From positions 1 through 64,000 of IMG/VR virus record IMGVR_UViG_3300014204_000140: DNA of 64,000 nucleotides, one strand, 5' to 3'. Source of the stretch: a virus. Its lineage: Duplodnaviria > Caudoviricetes. Shown in pieces: positions 38,119-49,500 of the stretch (within the stretch, counting starts at the first letter, position 1; each line of letters opens with the position of its first letter). The notes beneath the pieces were generated by a model. The model worked only from the letters and a program-made list of their open reading frames with translations, ran no database searches and was not told where the DNA came from. The position numbers were made by a program, and so were the translations under genes.

Positions 38119-39081
38119 ATGGCAGCAACACTAACAGAGATTAATGATTTTAAAGTCACTGTGATGGCTAAACAGGTAGAGATATGTAATATATTAACTA
38201 ATATATTAAGTATTGGTGGAAGATTTGATAATGAAGTTTATCTTATTAAATTACAAGGTATCAATGAATATTGTAATATTATCATAGATTATCTTAGTGA
38301 ATCAGATTATGAAAATGACAATTTCTTTACTTTAGTTGAATTTCAAGATATTATAGAACACTTTAATGATTTATGTAATACAGATTATTGGTTTCCGATT
38401 TCTGTTGTAGAAGTTATTCCAACAGTTTTCTATAATACTGTACAATCTGGAAACTTTACTAGAAATAATTGTGGTGGAGGATACTATGGAAGTTTAGTAA
38501 CATATACTGTTCCAGCTGGTACATATATGTCTAGTGTTTCTCAAGCAGATGCTGATAGTCAAGCTTTAACTGAAATTACAGCAAATGGACAAACTTATGC
38601 TAATACTTATGGAACATGTACAATAATTCCTACTGTTTTGTTTGAATCTGATTTTGCAACACCATGGGTTGGAGGTCTTCCAGTTAGTTGGTCAAGACAT
38701 GTTGGATTTCCAGATATTGGAACTATTACTGAAGATCCAACTGATCATGTTAAAATGTCTTATACTGGGAATGTGTATACTAATAATCATATAGTATATG
38801 CTGGAGCTATTTCTAATACTCCTAGAAATGTAAGAATAGAAGTTAAGATAGATTCAATGTCTGCTGATACTGATATACTAATAGGATTTATACAAAGTAT
38901 GACATTACCATATGGTGGAGGTTACAGAACTATACAACCATTTCCAACAATAGCAGGAACTTATTCTCAAGTTATATGGACTAATGGATATACTGATATA
39001 GCAATAATAACTAGAAAGACGATTTCTGGACCAAGGACTATAGAAGCTGTAATAGAATATGTGAAAATTTATCCTGTTTAA
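38119..39081 (+). CDS. Virion protein: helical N-domain, DUF5977-like domain, C-terminal beta-sandwich
   Basis: FYNTVQSGNFTRNNC...YTVPAGTY.S.VSQADADSQA...GQTYAN..GTC. Confidence 0.7.
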   Translation: MAATLTEINDFKVTVMAKQVEICNILTNILSIGGRFDNEVYLIKLQGINEYCNIIIDYLSESDYENDNFFTLVEFQDIIEHFNDLCNTDYWFPISVVEVIPTVFYNTVQSGNFTRNNCGGGYYGSLVTYTVPAGTYMSSVSQADADSQALTEITANGQTYANTYGTCTIIPTVLFESDFATPWVGGLPVSWSRHVGFPDIGTITEDPTDHVKMSYTGNVYTNNHIVYAGAISNTPRNVRIEVKIDSMSADTDILIGFIQSMTLPYGGGYRTIQPFPTIAGTYSQVIWTNGYTDIAIITRKTISGPRTIEAVIEYVKIYPV

Positions 39082-39089
39082 ATACAAAC

Positions 39090-39114
39090 GTAACATATAT
39101 TATAATTTAACGTA
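39090..39114 (+). promoter_or_regulatory. Promoter-like motif GTAAC-N16-CGTA
   Basis: GTAAC 39090-39094, CGTA 39111-39114, before the endolysin. Confidence 0.7.
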
Positions 39115-39141
39115 CGATAGATTATATAATATAAATTATTT

Positions 39142-39621
39142 ATGAAACAATTTAATGATTATTTAAAAGTAATATTGAAACATGAAGGTGGTTATGTAAA
39201 TAATTCTTCTGATCCAGGTGGAGAAACTAATTATGGTATTAGTAAGAGGTCTTATCCTGGTTTAGATATTAAAAATATAACTACAGAAGATGCTTCTAAT
39301 ATATATTATAATGATTATTGGGTTAAATTAAATATAGATAAAATATCAAATGAAGACTTAAAACTTCATATATTTGATATGTCTGTAAATGCAGGAATTA
39401 AAGTTGCTGTTAAACTTTTACAATCTATAGTAAAAACTACTCAAGATGGAATAGTTGGTTCTATTACATTATCTAAAGTTAATAATGAAGATTTAGTAGA
39501 TAAATATAAAGAGTCTAGAATTAATTACTACAATAATTTGGTAGACAAGAATCCTAAATTAAGTATATTTCTTAAAGGGTGGATATCTAGAGTAAATACA
39601 ACAAAATTTAATAATGAATAA
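39142..39621 (+). CDS. Endolysin, glycoside hydrolase family 108 with peptidoglycan-binding C-terminus
   Basis: HEGGYVNNSSDPGGETNYGIS, FDMSVNAG, DGIVGSITL, FLKGWISRV. Confidence 0.95.
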   Translation: MKQFNDYLKVILKHEGGYVNNSSDPGGETNYGISKRSYPGLDIKNITTEDASNIYYNDYWVKLNIDKISNEDLKLHIFDMSVNAGIKVAVKLLQSIVKTTQDGIVGSITLSKVNNEDLVDKYKESRINYYNNLVDKNPKLSIFLKGWISRVNTTKFNNE

Positions 39622-40456
39622 TAGATCTGAAAGTTTAATTAAATCTTGGAAAAATAGACCAAATTATATTGGAGATATTAAACATCCTAAATTATATAAT
39701 ATTTGGAGATCTTTCATGTTTACTAAGAAAGGTCAAGAAATAGGTTGTTCAGAGGAATGGAAAGATTATAGAACTTTTTATAACGATATTAAAGATTTAT
39801 ATTCTGAAGGACTTAGACTAATCAGAAAAGATAAAAATTTAAATTTTAATAAAGATAATTGTGTATTTGTATCAGATATAGAAAGTGCTAATTTAAAAGG
39901 TAATAATATATTATTAACTTATAAAGAAGAAACTAAAACACTTTTAGAATGGTCTATAGATTTAAATATTAGTCTCAAAGGTCTTAGAATAAGATATCAT
40001 AGATATAAAGATATTTTACCAATAGATCAGATATTATTTGGTAGAATTAAGACAAAGAAAAGAAATATAACAGATTATAAATTATTAGAATATCAACAAC
40101 AAAAGAATAAGATCTCTAAAATGTTATCCTCTTATAAAGTTAAAGATAACAATAAAAGATTAGAATTTGATTTAGATTATGATTTTATGATCAATAATAT
40201 AGTTAGTAAAAATTGTATATATTGTAATAATAATTTGAATATTGGTTGTGATAGAATAGATAATAATATTGGACATATAAAGACAAATGTAGTTCCGTGT
40301 TGTTATATTTGTAATATTGTTAGAAGTAATAATTTTACAATTGAAGAAATGAAATTACTTGGTAAAGTTATAGAAGAAATAAGAATAAATAAAAGCAATC
40401 CTATATTGAAAGAAACATTTGATAAAGGAGAAGAAATAATAATTGAAATAGTATAA
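39614..40456 (+). CDS. HNH-like (His-Me) homing-type endonuclease
   Basis: CIYC...IGCDRIDNNIGHIKTNVVPCCYICNIVRSN; N-terminal half looks like a degenerate second copy. Confidence 0.8.
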   Translation: MNNRSESLIKSWKNRPNYIGDIKHPKLYNIWRSFMFTKKGQEIGCSEEWKDYRTFYNDIKDLYSEGLRLIRKDKNLNFNKDNCVFVSDIESANLKGNNILLTYKEETKTLLEWSIDLNISLKGLRIRYHRYKDILPIDQILFGRIKTKKRNITDYKLLEYQQQKNKISKMLSSYKVKDNNKRLEFDLDYDFMINNIVSKNCIYCNNNLNIGCDRIDNNIGHIKTNVVPCCYICNIVRSNNFTIEEMKLLGKVIEEIRINKSNPILKETFDKGEEIIIEIV

Positions 40457-40457
40457 A

Positions 40458-42641
40458 ATGGAAGAGGTAAATGATTTATTATATCAATTAAGATCTATTA
40501 GATTTAATGAAGATGAAATTACGGAATTTTTAACATTGATTTATAATAGTTTAATTGTATATAATCAGGATGTAGAATCTCAAATTGCTCAATTTGGAAA
40601 TTATAAATATATAGATGCTTTTTCATTATTACAGGATATTTTATTAGATGAAAATATTGTAAGAAATTGGATGATGCAAGGAAGTTCAATTGTTTGGGAT
40701 GCTAATGCATTAAATTATATCAATTTTTTAGAATTACAAAGTGTTGTTTTAACATATGGAGAAAAATCAGCAATAAACACATTATTTATTGATTTGAAAT
40801 CTTTGAATAGTACCTGGGATGGTTTTTTCACCCCCAATGACCCAGCTAATTCTAAATTAAAATGTTTATGGATTTCTAAGGTAGGAGATGGGTTTAAATA
40901 TAACTTAGTAGATCCAAGAGATGTGGATGACGCATATAGATTATCTTATGGGGGGAATCCGACAATCACAGAGAATGGTATGGTTTTAAATGGAACAACG
41001 CAATATGCAAATACTCATTATAATACATTAAATAAAACTTCTATATGTACTGGTGTGTGGTTAAAAGATAATAATTTGCCACTAGTTTCAAATCAAGGAT
41101 ATGCTTTGATAGCAAATACAGTTTCTAACAATTCTTCTCGACAATCATTGCAATTATTAAACAATGCAGGAACTAATTATTTACTGCTTTCAGATAACTT
41201 TAATGCAACGAGTGGTCAAGGAAGATCCACATTTGTGATCACAAGAGGGGATGGGTTTTTTGCAAGTAGTGTTTCTGGTAGTGCATATAATATTTTTAAA
41301 GATGGATTGGTTGTTTCGTCTGGAACTCGTAGTACATACGGGTCTCCTCCTAATTTAGTATTATATTTAGGGGCACAAAATAAAGAAGGAACAGGAGCAG
41401 TCAATTTTTTGAATAACACAGTAAAATATGCATTTATCGCGGAAGATATTTCACCAGAAATTATAGTATTGTTTTATTCTTATTTGTATAAATATGATCT
41501 TGGTGTTTTTTCTTTAAATTTTTCACAAACAATTTTGCAAGATACTTCTCTTGCTACGGTACTATATTCTCCAATTACAGTATTGGAACAAAGACATGGA
41601 TGCACATTAGCTTGGTATGCAGGAATTAATTTTATATTTTTTTCAGAAGATGATGGGGTTACTTATCCTTATTCACATGCAATTATTATAGATGAATTAA
41701 CATTTGCATATATTTTTTCAAATAAAAACATATATTTTGCTACAAGATACCATCTTTATTTTTCTTATGATAAATTAAATACAATTAATGAGGTGGATGT
41801 TCTTGATTTGGATGGAATAAATATATATAATTCTGTGCAATACACAGGTTGCTCTTTTAAACAAGCATTTACTTCTAAAACTATATCTTATTTGGGGGAA
41901 GAAATTGTATTGTGGGGAAATTACACAAATATAGATTGCAATGGTGATGGAATATCAGATAATTCACCAGTCAATTTATATTGGGGGGATAATGTCGGGA
42001 ATGTTAAAATAATATATCAGTGGGGACGAAATGCTGGATATAAAAAGCCAAATGGGGACCTGATAGGCAATTCAGATAACCCATTATATTGCAGGCATAT
42101 TCATTTTGCAATATATGATTCTATATCGGGTTATTTTTATATGAATACAGGAGACGAAAACCAAGAATGTCATTTTATGAGAGGAAATTTAGTTGAGGGA
42201 GTGTGGACTTGGGTTGAAGTATTTAGTGATTGGAATTGGGGAATGGCACAAATGATATTGGATTCGGATGCTGGGTATATCACAGGAGATCAAAGCACAT
42301 CCGCACCTATACAACATCCTGGAGTTTGGAAGTTTGCATTATCTGATGTAGAAGATACAGATAATTGGGTACAAGTTTACGATCCAGGAAAAGCGTTTGC
42401 ACCATTAATGACAGACAATGCCGGTGAAGTCGTTGCTCATGGGGGAGGAACATTTGCTTTATCTAAAAACTATGGATCTACTTTTAATACTATTGATATT
42501 GGTGGGACTATAGCAGGAAAATTCAAGATTTCTGAAAAAAACTCATTTGGGTACTATCGAATCTCACCAGTAATTGTGTCTTTAAATGGATATACGGTAA
42601 GGAATTATGGAAATGGGACGGTTTGGATTAAAATAAAATAA
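40458..42641 (+). CDS. Chimeric receptor-binding/glycan-binding protein (lectin-like plus propeller-like)
   Basis: LNGTTQYANT...LYLGA; Asp-box-like SEDDGVTY and SKNYGSTF; RHIH motif. Confidence 0.55.
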   Translation: MEEVNDLLYQLRSIRFNEDEITEFLTLIYNSLIVYNQDVESQIAQFGNYKYIDAFSLLQDILLDENIVRNWMMQGSSIVWDANALNYINFLELQSVVLTYGEKSAINTLFIDLKSLNSTWDGFFTPNDPANSKLKCLWISKVGDGFKYNLVDPRDVDDAYRLSYGGNPTITENGMVLNGTTQYANTHYNTLNKTSICTGVWLKDNNLPLVSNQGYALIANTVSNNSSRQSLQLLNNAGTNYLLLSDNFNATSGQGRSTFVITRGDGFFASSVSGSAYNIFKDGLVVSSGTRSTYGSPPNLVLYLGAQNKEGTGAVNFLNNTVKYAFIAEDISPEIIVLFYSYLYKYDLGVFSLNFSQTILQDTSLATVLYSPITVLEQRHGCTLAWYAGINFIFFSEDDGVTYPYSHAIIIDELTFAYIFSNKNIYFATRYHLYFSYDKLNTINEVDVLDLDGINIYNSVQYTGCSFKQAFTSKTISYLGEEIVLWGNYTNIDCNGDGISDNSPVNLYWGDNVGNVKIIYQWGRNAGYKKPNGDLIGNSDNPLYCRHIHFAIYDSISGYFYMNTGDENQECHFMRGNLVEGVWTWVEVFSDWNWGMAQMILDSDAGYITGDQSTSAPIQHPGVWKFALSDVEDTDNWVQVYDPGKAFAPLMTDNAGEVVAHGGGTFALSKNYGSTFNTIDIGGTIAGKFKISEKNSFGYYRISPVIVSLNGYTVRNYGNGTVWIKIK

Positions 42642-42643
42642 TT

Positions 42644-42952
42644 ATGCAATTAGAAGATATAAAAACCGGTGATGATTTATTCAGAAAGGACAAAAGTTTT
42701 TTAAGTTTTAGCAATTATAATAAACCATCTAATCCTTTATTTAAAAGAATTGGAGATATATGTTTATTTACAATACCATTATACATTCCTATATTAACAA
42801 GTATTCCTATATTAGAAAATACTAAGTTATGGATAATTGGAATATTATCTATTGTATTAGCAACAGTGAAGATAATAAGTAAGTTTAGTTTAAATCCTAA
42901 TTTTAAAGATAATGTGGACAGTAATATTGAGTTGGGGAAAGAAAATTCTTAA
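42644..42952 (+). CDS. Holin-like protein (2 TM)
   Basis: Two hydrophobic helices with charged termini, near the endolysin. Confidence 0.55.
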   Translation: MQLEDIKTGDDLFRKDKSFLSFSNYNKPSNPLFKRIGDICLFTIPLYIPILTSIPILENTKLWIIGILSIVLATVKIISKFSLNPNFKDNVDSNIELGKENS

Positions 42953-43490
42953 TAGTAAATTATTCTTATATACAGTAATTGTAGGATGTATATATCTATG
43001 GATAGTAGATAGAAAGAATCTTGCAGAAAATGTAGATAGATTAGGAAGAAATCAAACTGCATTAGTTCTTAAGAATAGTGAACAGATAGAACTTACTAAG
43101 AGAGAATTTACAAGACTTTATCATAAAGAAGATTCTATAGCACAATTTATTGGTATTAAACCAAAACAGTTACAAAATGTAATAGTTAATAACTATCATT
43201 ATAAAGATACTAGTATAGTCAAATTTCCTCTTATTCCTACTAATACTGGAGATACGGTAAAGTTTATTAAACCTACAGGATGTGTTAGAGTTGAAGGATA
43301 TGTATTAAATAAAGATATAATATTTAATAAAGTAGAGGTATTTGATACTTTTACTACTTATTTATATGGTAAGAGACCTCATAAATTTTTATTTATTAAA
43401 TGGGGTAAATGGATTATAGATGCTAAAACGTATTCAGAATGTAAAAAAGATACTATACAAGTTGAAAAGAATTTAAAAATTAATAATTAA
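42912..43490 (+). CDS. Spanin-like membrane-anchored protein
   Basis: N-terminal TM, coiled coil, KFLFIKWG motif. Confidence 0.5.
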   Translation: MWTVILSWGKKILNSKLFLYTVIVGCIYLWIVDRKNLAENVDRLGRNQTALVLKNSEQIELTKREFTRLYHKEDSIAQFIGIKPKQLQNVIVNNYHYKDTSIVKFPLIPTNTGDTVKFIKPTGCVRVEGYVLNKDIIFNKVEVFDTFTTYLYGKRPHKFLFIKWGKWIIDAKTYSECKKDTIQVEKNLKINN

Positions 43491-43502
43491 AAATTAGAAA
43501 TT

Positions 43503-43652
43503 ATGCCAGTTGATCCGCCACAATTACCTAGACCACGAAGTTTAGTAATTAAAGATATTAATGAAGTAAATATATTAGATATAAAGAATATAAGTAAAGA
43601 AAACGTACTATTTAGAATGTTAGTATGGACAATAATAAAGTTGATGTCTTAG
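43503..43652 (+). CDS. 49-aa peptide with Pro-rich N-terminus
   Basis: MPVDPPQLPRPRSLVIKD...; A-rich leader; fills the gap between genes. Confidence 0.45.
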   Translation: MPVDPPQLPRPRSLVIKDINEVNILDIKNISKENVLFRMLVWTIIKLMS

Positions 43653-44056
43653 AAATTTCTGCAATTACTCTTTCTCTATTATTTATACTAGTTATTAGTC
43701 AATATCATATATCATATGAAGGATTTAGAGGGTTAACAGAAAATCAATGGAATAGAGTATGGGTAATTGCAGAAAATTCTTTAAATTTAACTATGTCTAC
43801 ACTAATTACTATTCTTGCGGGAAGTGGATTAATACGTTTAATGTTTAAGTATATATTTATTCCATATTTTATTGTAAAGTTAATTTATCAATGTAGTATG
43901 TTTTTTCAAATATATATAGTATCTAAAGAATGGTGGGAAAGTATATGGAGTTTTATATGTGTATCTTTATTAACTATAGGGGTATTTTATTGTTTAAGAT
44001 TAATTAGAAAATATAGAAAAAATGTGGCCAAAATTTTTAAATTCAAAGTGGTTTGA
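43625..44056 (+). CDS. Polytopic membrane protein (~4 TM)
   Basis: Four hydrophobic segments. Confidence 0.7.
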   Translation: MDNNKVDVLEISAITLSLLFILVISQYHISYEGFRGLTENQWNRVWVIAENSLNLTMSTLITILAGSGLIRLMFKYIFIPYFIVKLIYQCSMFFQIYIVSKEWWESIWSFICVSLLTIGVFYCLRLIRKYRKNVAKIFKFKVV

Positions 44057-44471
44057 GAGATTATTTACAGCTACTCTAAGTATAATGTTATTACTTATAA
44101 CACAACGATTTACTATTATTCGTGAAGATAAGATTAAGGCAGCTGAAGAAAAAGCCAAGATAGAAGAGAAAATAAATGAAAGAGCTCTTACTGTATATGT
44201 TGATTCAAAAGATAAAGAATTAAAAGATGAAATTAGCAAGAAATCTGATGAATTAAGAGTATATGTAGATAGAACAGTTATATCATTTGGGAATGATGTA
44301 CGTGAACTTAGAAACTATTTCTTTTCATTACATAGTACTAATAGAAATAAAATAATTAATCATTTGAAAAGTAATATAACAAAAGATACTATAAAATCTA
44401 TTCCTACTATTAAACCAATAGAATATGCAAGAATTGGAGAATGTGCGTTGAACAATGTAAAAATTAATTAA
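44022..44471 (+). CDS. TM-anchored coiled-coil protein
   Basis: LFTATLSIMLLLIT then a charged coiled coil. Confidence 0.65.
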   Translation: MWPKFLNSKWFERLFTATLSIMLLLITQRFTIIREDKIKAAEEKAKIEEKINERALTVYVDSKDKELKDEISKKSDELRVYVDRTVISFGNDVRELRNYFFSLHSTNRNKIINHLKSNITKDTIKSIPTIKPIEYARIGECALNNVKIN

Positions 44472-44472
44472 A

Positions 44473-45174
44473 ATGGCAATTGAATTTGTATCATTAGATA
44501 CTATCATATATGATCTTTTATATATCATAGAAGGTTCTCAAGTATCTCAAAGTATATCTATTACAACTAATCAAATAGAAAATTGGATTCATCAATACAG
44601 AGCTTTATTAATTAAACAAGATCTTGATAAAGGTAAAATTGTTAATCCAGACTATGTACAAGAGATACAATGTATGAAACTTATAGTTGTAGATAAATCT
44701 GAAGATTCAACTATACAAACTGGTAGACTTTTAGTTAGATCTGAATTACAAGTTCCTAAAACTATTGATTTAAACTTTAGATCTGGATTTACTTATATAG
44801 GTACATTAGATGGTAGAGAATTAGATTTTGTTCCACAATCTAGAGTTAAATGGCAGAAAGAAAAATACTATACTCAAAATTCTCCATTAGTATACTTAAA
44901 AAATGGATATTTATTTGTTGATAATGATCATGTTATAGAATGGTTATGTGTTAGAGGTGTATTTGAATTACCACCAGAAGTTGGTAATTTTGTTAATCCT
45001 TATACTAATACTCCGGAATTTACTATTAGTAGTAAATATCCTATTCCTATTAATATGTTACCAACTCTTAAAGAAATGATATTAAAAAAAGAATTAGCAA
45101 TAACAGTTGGTTCTCCTTCTGATACTAAAAACGATGCTTCTAATATAGTTACTCCAAATGAGAGGGAAAAATAA
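44473..45174 (+). CDS. Tail ring/connector protein (crAss-like)
   Basis: QIENWIHQYRALLIKQ...VRGVFE...YPIP; synteny before the IHF-like and tubular genes. Confidence 0.7.
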   Translation: MAIEFVSLDTIIYDLLYIIEGSQVSQSISITTNQIENWIHQYRALLIKQDLDKGKIVNPDYVQEIQCMKLIVVDKSEDSTIQTGRLLVRSELQVPKTIDLNFRSGFTYIGTLDGRELDFVPQSRVKWQKEKYYTQNSPLVYLKNGYLFVDNDHVIEWLCVRGVFELPPEVGNFVNPYTNTPEFTISSKYPIPINMLPTLKEMILKKELAITVGSPSDTKNDASNIVTPNEREK

Positions 45175-45646
45175 GATAAAGAATTGTTATACAAGTAGGG
45201 ATTTATATAGTGATTATATAAAAGATAAGATTCCTGGAGATCCATATTATATATCATTTAAAGAATACTATAGTATATGTGGAGATTATTATAAGTGGAT
45301 TGTTAGTCAAATGATAGATGAATCAAAGACGATTAAATTACCATTTCGTTTAGGATATATTTATGTAGGTAAAAGAAAACCTGCTATATTATCTGGAGCA
45401 ACATTACCATTTGATAAACGTCCAATGAATAGTTTAAGTATAGATTGGAAAGAAACTAAGAAGTTTGGTAAATGGATTCATCATATAAATGATCATACTG
45501 GTGGATATAAGTATAGATTTATTTGGTCAAAGATAGAATGTTTTGTACTTAATAGAGAGTTTTATAGATTAGTTTTTACTAGAACCAATAAAAGATATTT
45601 AGCTAAAATGATTAAATCTGGAGAACATGATTATTCAGAGATTTAA
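45158..45646 (+). CDS. IHF/HU-like protein of the crAss tail module
   Basis: IKLPFRLGYIYV, IDWKETKK, NDHTGGYKYRFIWSK; synteny. Confidence 0.7.
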   Translation: MRGKNKIKNCYTSRDLYSDYIKDKIPGDPYYISFKEYYSICGDYYKWIVSQMIDESKTIKLPFRLGYIYVGKRKPAILSGATLPFDKRPMNSLSIDWKETKKFGKWIHHINDHTGGYKYRFIWSKIECFVLNREFYRLVFTRTNKRYLAKMIKSGEHDYSEI

Positions 45647-45661
45647 AAATAATAAAGTAAT

Positions 45662-46534
45662 ATGATATATAATTTAGTTTCAGTTAAAAAAGTTATAGCA
45701 AAAGTCTTTGCTGATTTAGATTTACAAGAACAACCTCATAGAATTAGTGATATGATCGAATATGCTGGTGAAGCTCTTAAAAAGATAGGAGCATTTCCAG
45801 CAATGGTAACTAGAGTAACTGGTAAGGAAGATCTTCCATTATTACTTATTAGTAATTATCAAGCTAAACTTCCTGCCGATCTCAATACTATTAATCAAGT
45901 ATCTTACTCTGTTGGTAGCACTGGACCATTTTATCCTATGAGATATGCCACCGGAAGTTATTCATCTAATCATGTAGTTAAAGGAACAGAAGGGACAAAT
46001 ACTACATCTCATGTTCCATTTTATCCATCTCAGTATTCTACAACTACTAGTAATATTCCAAGTAGTGAAAAAGATACTATATTCTCTTTAGATTATTCTT
46101 ATATTATAGTCGGAGGATATATAAAAACTAATATTAAAGATGGATATTTACTTATATCATATCAAGCTATTCCAACAGATCGAGATAATTATCCATTAAT
46201 ACCAGATGATGAATCATTTTTTGAAGCCATATATTGGTATATTAATATGAAATTAACTTATCCAGAATGGAAGAACGGACGTATAAGAGATGCTGTATAT
46301 TATGATGCAAAAAGTTCTTGGAATTTCTATCGTAAACAATCATATGCTAATGCTATGATGCCTAATTCAGATCAACTTGAATCTATTAAAAATACTTGGA
46401 TTAGACTTATTCCTGAGATTAATGCTCATGATACATTCTATTCTACACTTGGAGAACAAGAAACAGTATATAATAACGATTTAACTCCTACTGTTTTATT
46501 TCCATTTACTGAAACTAATATTAGTCCTAGTTAA
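45662..46534 (+). CDS. Tail tubular/ring protein
   Basis: IAKVFADL...EALKKIG...ISYQAIPTD...YPLIPDD..F.EAIYWYI; directly upstream of the muzzle gene. Confidence 0.75.
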   Translation: MIYNLVSVKKVIAKVFADLDLQEQPHRISDMIEYAGEALKKIGAFPAMVTRVTGKEDLPLLLISNYQAKLPADLNTINQVSYSVGSTGPFYPMRYATGSYSSNHVVKGTEGTNTTSHVPFYPSQYSTTTSNIPSSEKDTIFSLDYSYIIVGGYIKTNIKDGYLLISYQAIPTDRDNYPLIPDDESFFEAIYWYINMKLTYPEWKNGRIRDAVYYDAKSSWNFYRKQSYANAMMPNSDQLESIKNTWIRLIPEINAHDTFYSTLGEQETVYNNDLTPTVLFPFTETNISPS

Positions 46535-46536
46535 CA

Positions 46537-49500
46537 ATGGCAGAAACTAACAGATATCAAGTCATAAATACTTTTTCTGGAGGTATGAATACTGATGCTG
46601 ACAAATCAGTAATACCTAAGAATCAATATTTATATGCAGAAAACTATAGAATTTTTGGTGATTCTACTAATACTGTAGGATCTTTAGAGAATATATTAGG
46701 AAATACTTTATTAACTAGTGTTATAACTCCTGGATATTACCCTATAGGGTATTGTAATATAAGGGATGAATTATATATATGTACCACTCAAAATCAACAT
46801 CCCACAGATGGATTATATAGTGAGTTAATAAAAGTTATATTTACTGCGGATGGAGAAAGTATATCGTCTCATACTCATATATATAATGATCAATATTCAT
46901 CTGATGGATCTAGACTTAATTGGAGTAGGGATTATTTGATAAAAGCAATAGGTAGATATGAGTCTGATACGATTAAGAAAATATATTTTGTAGATGGATA
47001 CAACATATTTAGAAGTATGAATGTTGTTAGTATATCTACTACTTCTCCAGTTAATAAATTTGATGTTATTCCAAATTTTAATTTAAGTTCTCCAGTATTC
47101 GATAGATTTGTTTCAGGTAGATTAACTTCTGGTAAAATACAATATGCTTATCAAATGTATAATTTGTATGGAGCAGAAACTCTATTTTCTCCAGTATCTC
47201 AATTAATACCTATATCAGAGACATCTGGACAAACTGGAAGTAATAAAACATTTAAAGGATCTGAGATAGATGAAAATACTGGAAAAGGTATTAGATTTTC
47301 TATATTTCCTCCTACAGGATTTGATAGAATTAGAATAGTATCAATAAAATATAATTCAATAAATTCAATACCTGTTATTAAAATTATAGTTGATCAGAAT
47401 ATTTCAACTAATCCTATTACTACTTATTTCTATGATTTTGGAACAACTGCTTTAGGAGAATATACTTATGAAGAATTTGCAGTTATAGGAAGAGAAGTAT
47501 TTGTAGCTTCTGAATTAGAAACTAAGAATAATTATTTATTTGTTGCTAATATTACAGATAATGATTGGGATGTAGATTTTGATGCTAGAGCTTATAGATT
47601 TGTTTCTAGTACTGCTAGTGGATCTCTAACTACTGGACATACTGCTATATTTGATGCAGGAGAATGGGGAACCAATAATTGGTATGATATTAATAGTAAT
47701 TTTCTAATAGGAGGAACTACATCAGTTCCAGAAACATATGATTGTTTAAATCCTTATAATGATATATCTTTAGACAAAAGTAGAACTGATACAACTCCTT
47801 CATGGATTCATTTATATAATTTTATTTATCAAGTTAATGGTACTACAATAGGAGGTGAAGGTCTTAATGTTTCTTATTCTTTTATACAACACCAATTTAT
47901 TATAAGTAATACAGGAACTAATTATGGAGAAGATTATTGTTATAATACTGATTATAGTAATGTAAATGTAGAATTAAATTATAAAGGATATCAGAGGGAT
48001 GAAATATATAGATTTGGAATAGTATTCTTTGATGATAAAGGAAGATCATCTACAGTAAAATGGATTGGTGATATTAGAATGCCTTATTATACTGATATTA
48101 TTGGTGGGTATGATAATTTTCCGTTTACATGGGATGTTGATGAAATTTCTTACGGAATGTCTCTAGGAATAAGTTTTACAGTAGATACTAGTAGTGCTTA
48201 TTCACAAGGAGCTAAATATTTTAAAATAGTTAGAGTTAAACGTGAATCTGCTGATAGAACAATATTAGCTCAGGGTATTATTCCAACAATGTTGCTTTAT
48301 AATGATGGTTCTGGATTGAGTTATAGGGGATATACTATTCCATATACAGCAACTGGTACAGTATCAGGCATAACAAAGTACACTTCTCCTTTAGAATTTA
48401 TATCTCCTGAAATTAATTTTAATAAGAACTTATCTTATACAATTGGAGATAGTCTTGAATTAATAGCAACTAGTACAGTTGCTAAACAATGGGATAATTT
48501 TTCAAATGTTAGTATGACTATTGGAACATTACCAACTACTAGTAACTATTCACAGACAGTTAAATACAGTGGTTTTGATACTTCTCTTCCTATATCAACT
48601 AGAAGTTCAAAAATAAAGAATGTTAATAATTTTCAAATATTAGGTCCATTAACAAAAATAAATAATCTTACTTATAGTGATGGAATTTTCATGACTGGAG
48701 TTGATTATAGAATTTTAAATATAACAGAATGTGCAAGTGTAGGTAGTGGAAGTAGTAGTATGCATCTTAGTGCTGGAGGTACTAAAGGAATTGTAGAATC
48801 TGATTCTTTTGCAGGTAATATAGCTGGTACATCATTTAATTGTTACTATTGTAACTATAAAAGAAATGTGTTTAGTAGTCAATATGGAGGTAATACATAC
48901 ACCGCTAGACAGAATAATTCATATATAAGTTGTAGTTCATTACAAATATGTATAGATGACACTACAGTTAATGTATATGAAGGAGATACTTATATATCTA
49001 TGTTTGATTATCTTCGTAATATAGTTTATGGAGATATTATAAATGATCGTAGATCACAATTAATAGTATACTTTCCAGTTGAAACTTCTATCAATCTTAG
49101 ATATAGAAGTGACGATTGTTTTAGTAAAACTACTGATGATCCAAATCATAGTAGAAGATATATGCAGGAATTAGCTGGAATTTATACATCTGGTAGTATA
49201 ACTTATAATCAACTTACTGATTTATATAAATATAATTCTGTATATTCTCAAGAAAATACAACTATAGGATATTATCCAGAATCTAATATTGCCGATAATA
49301 GTAATGAAGTACATGATAATAGAATATTAGTTTCAGATCTTAAAATAGATAGAGAAACATCTGATAGTTGGACAATGTTTAGAATGGATAATTTTTTAGA
49401 TGTAGATTCTAAATACGGTAAGATAACATCTCTATTAGTTAAAGACAATTATTTATATTTTTGGCAACCTAAAGCATTTGGAGTATTATCTGTTAATCAG

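Noticed and set aside
33508-42641. Diversity-generating retroelement, invertible fibre cassette or CRISPR array
   Set aside because: No reverse transcriptase, recombinase, near-identical template/variable repeat pair or regularly spaced repeats were seen in the window.
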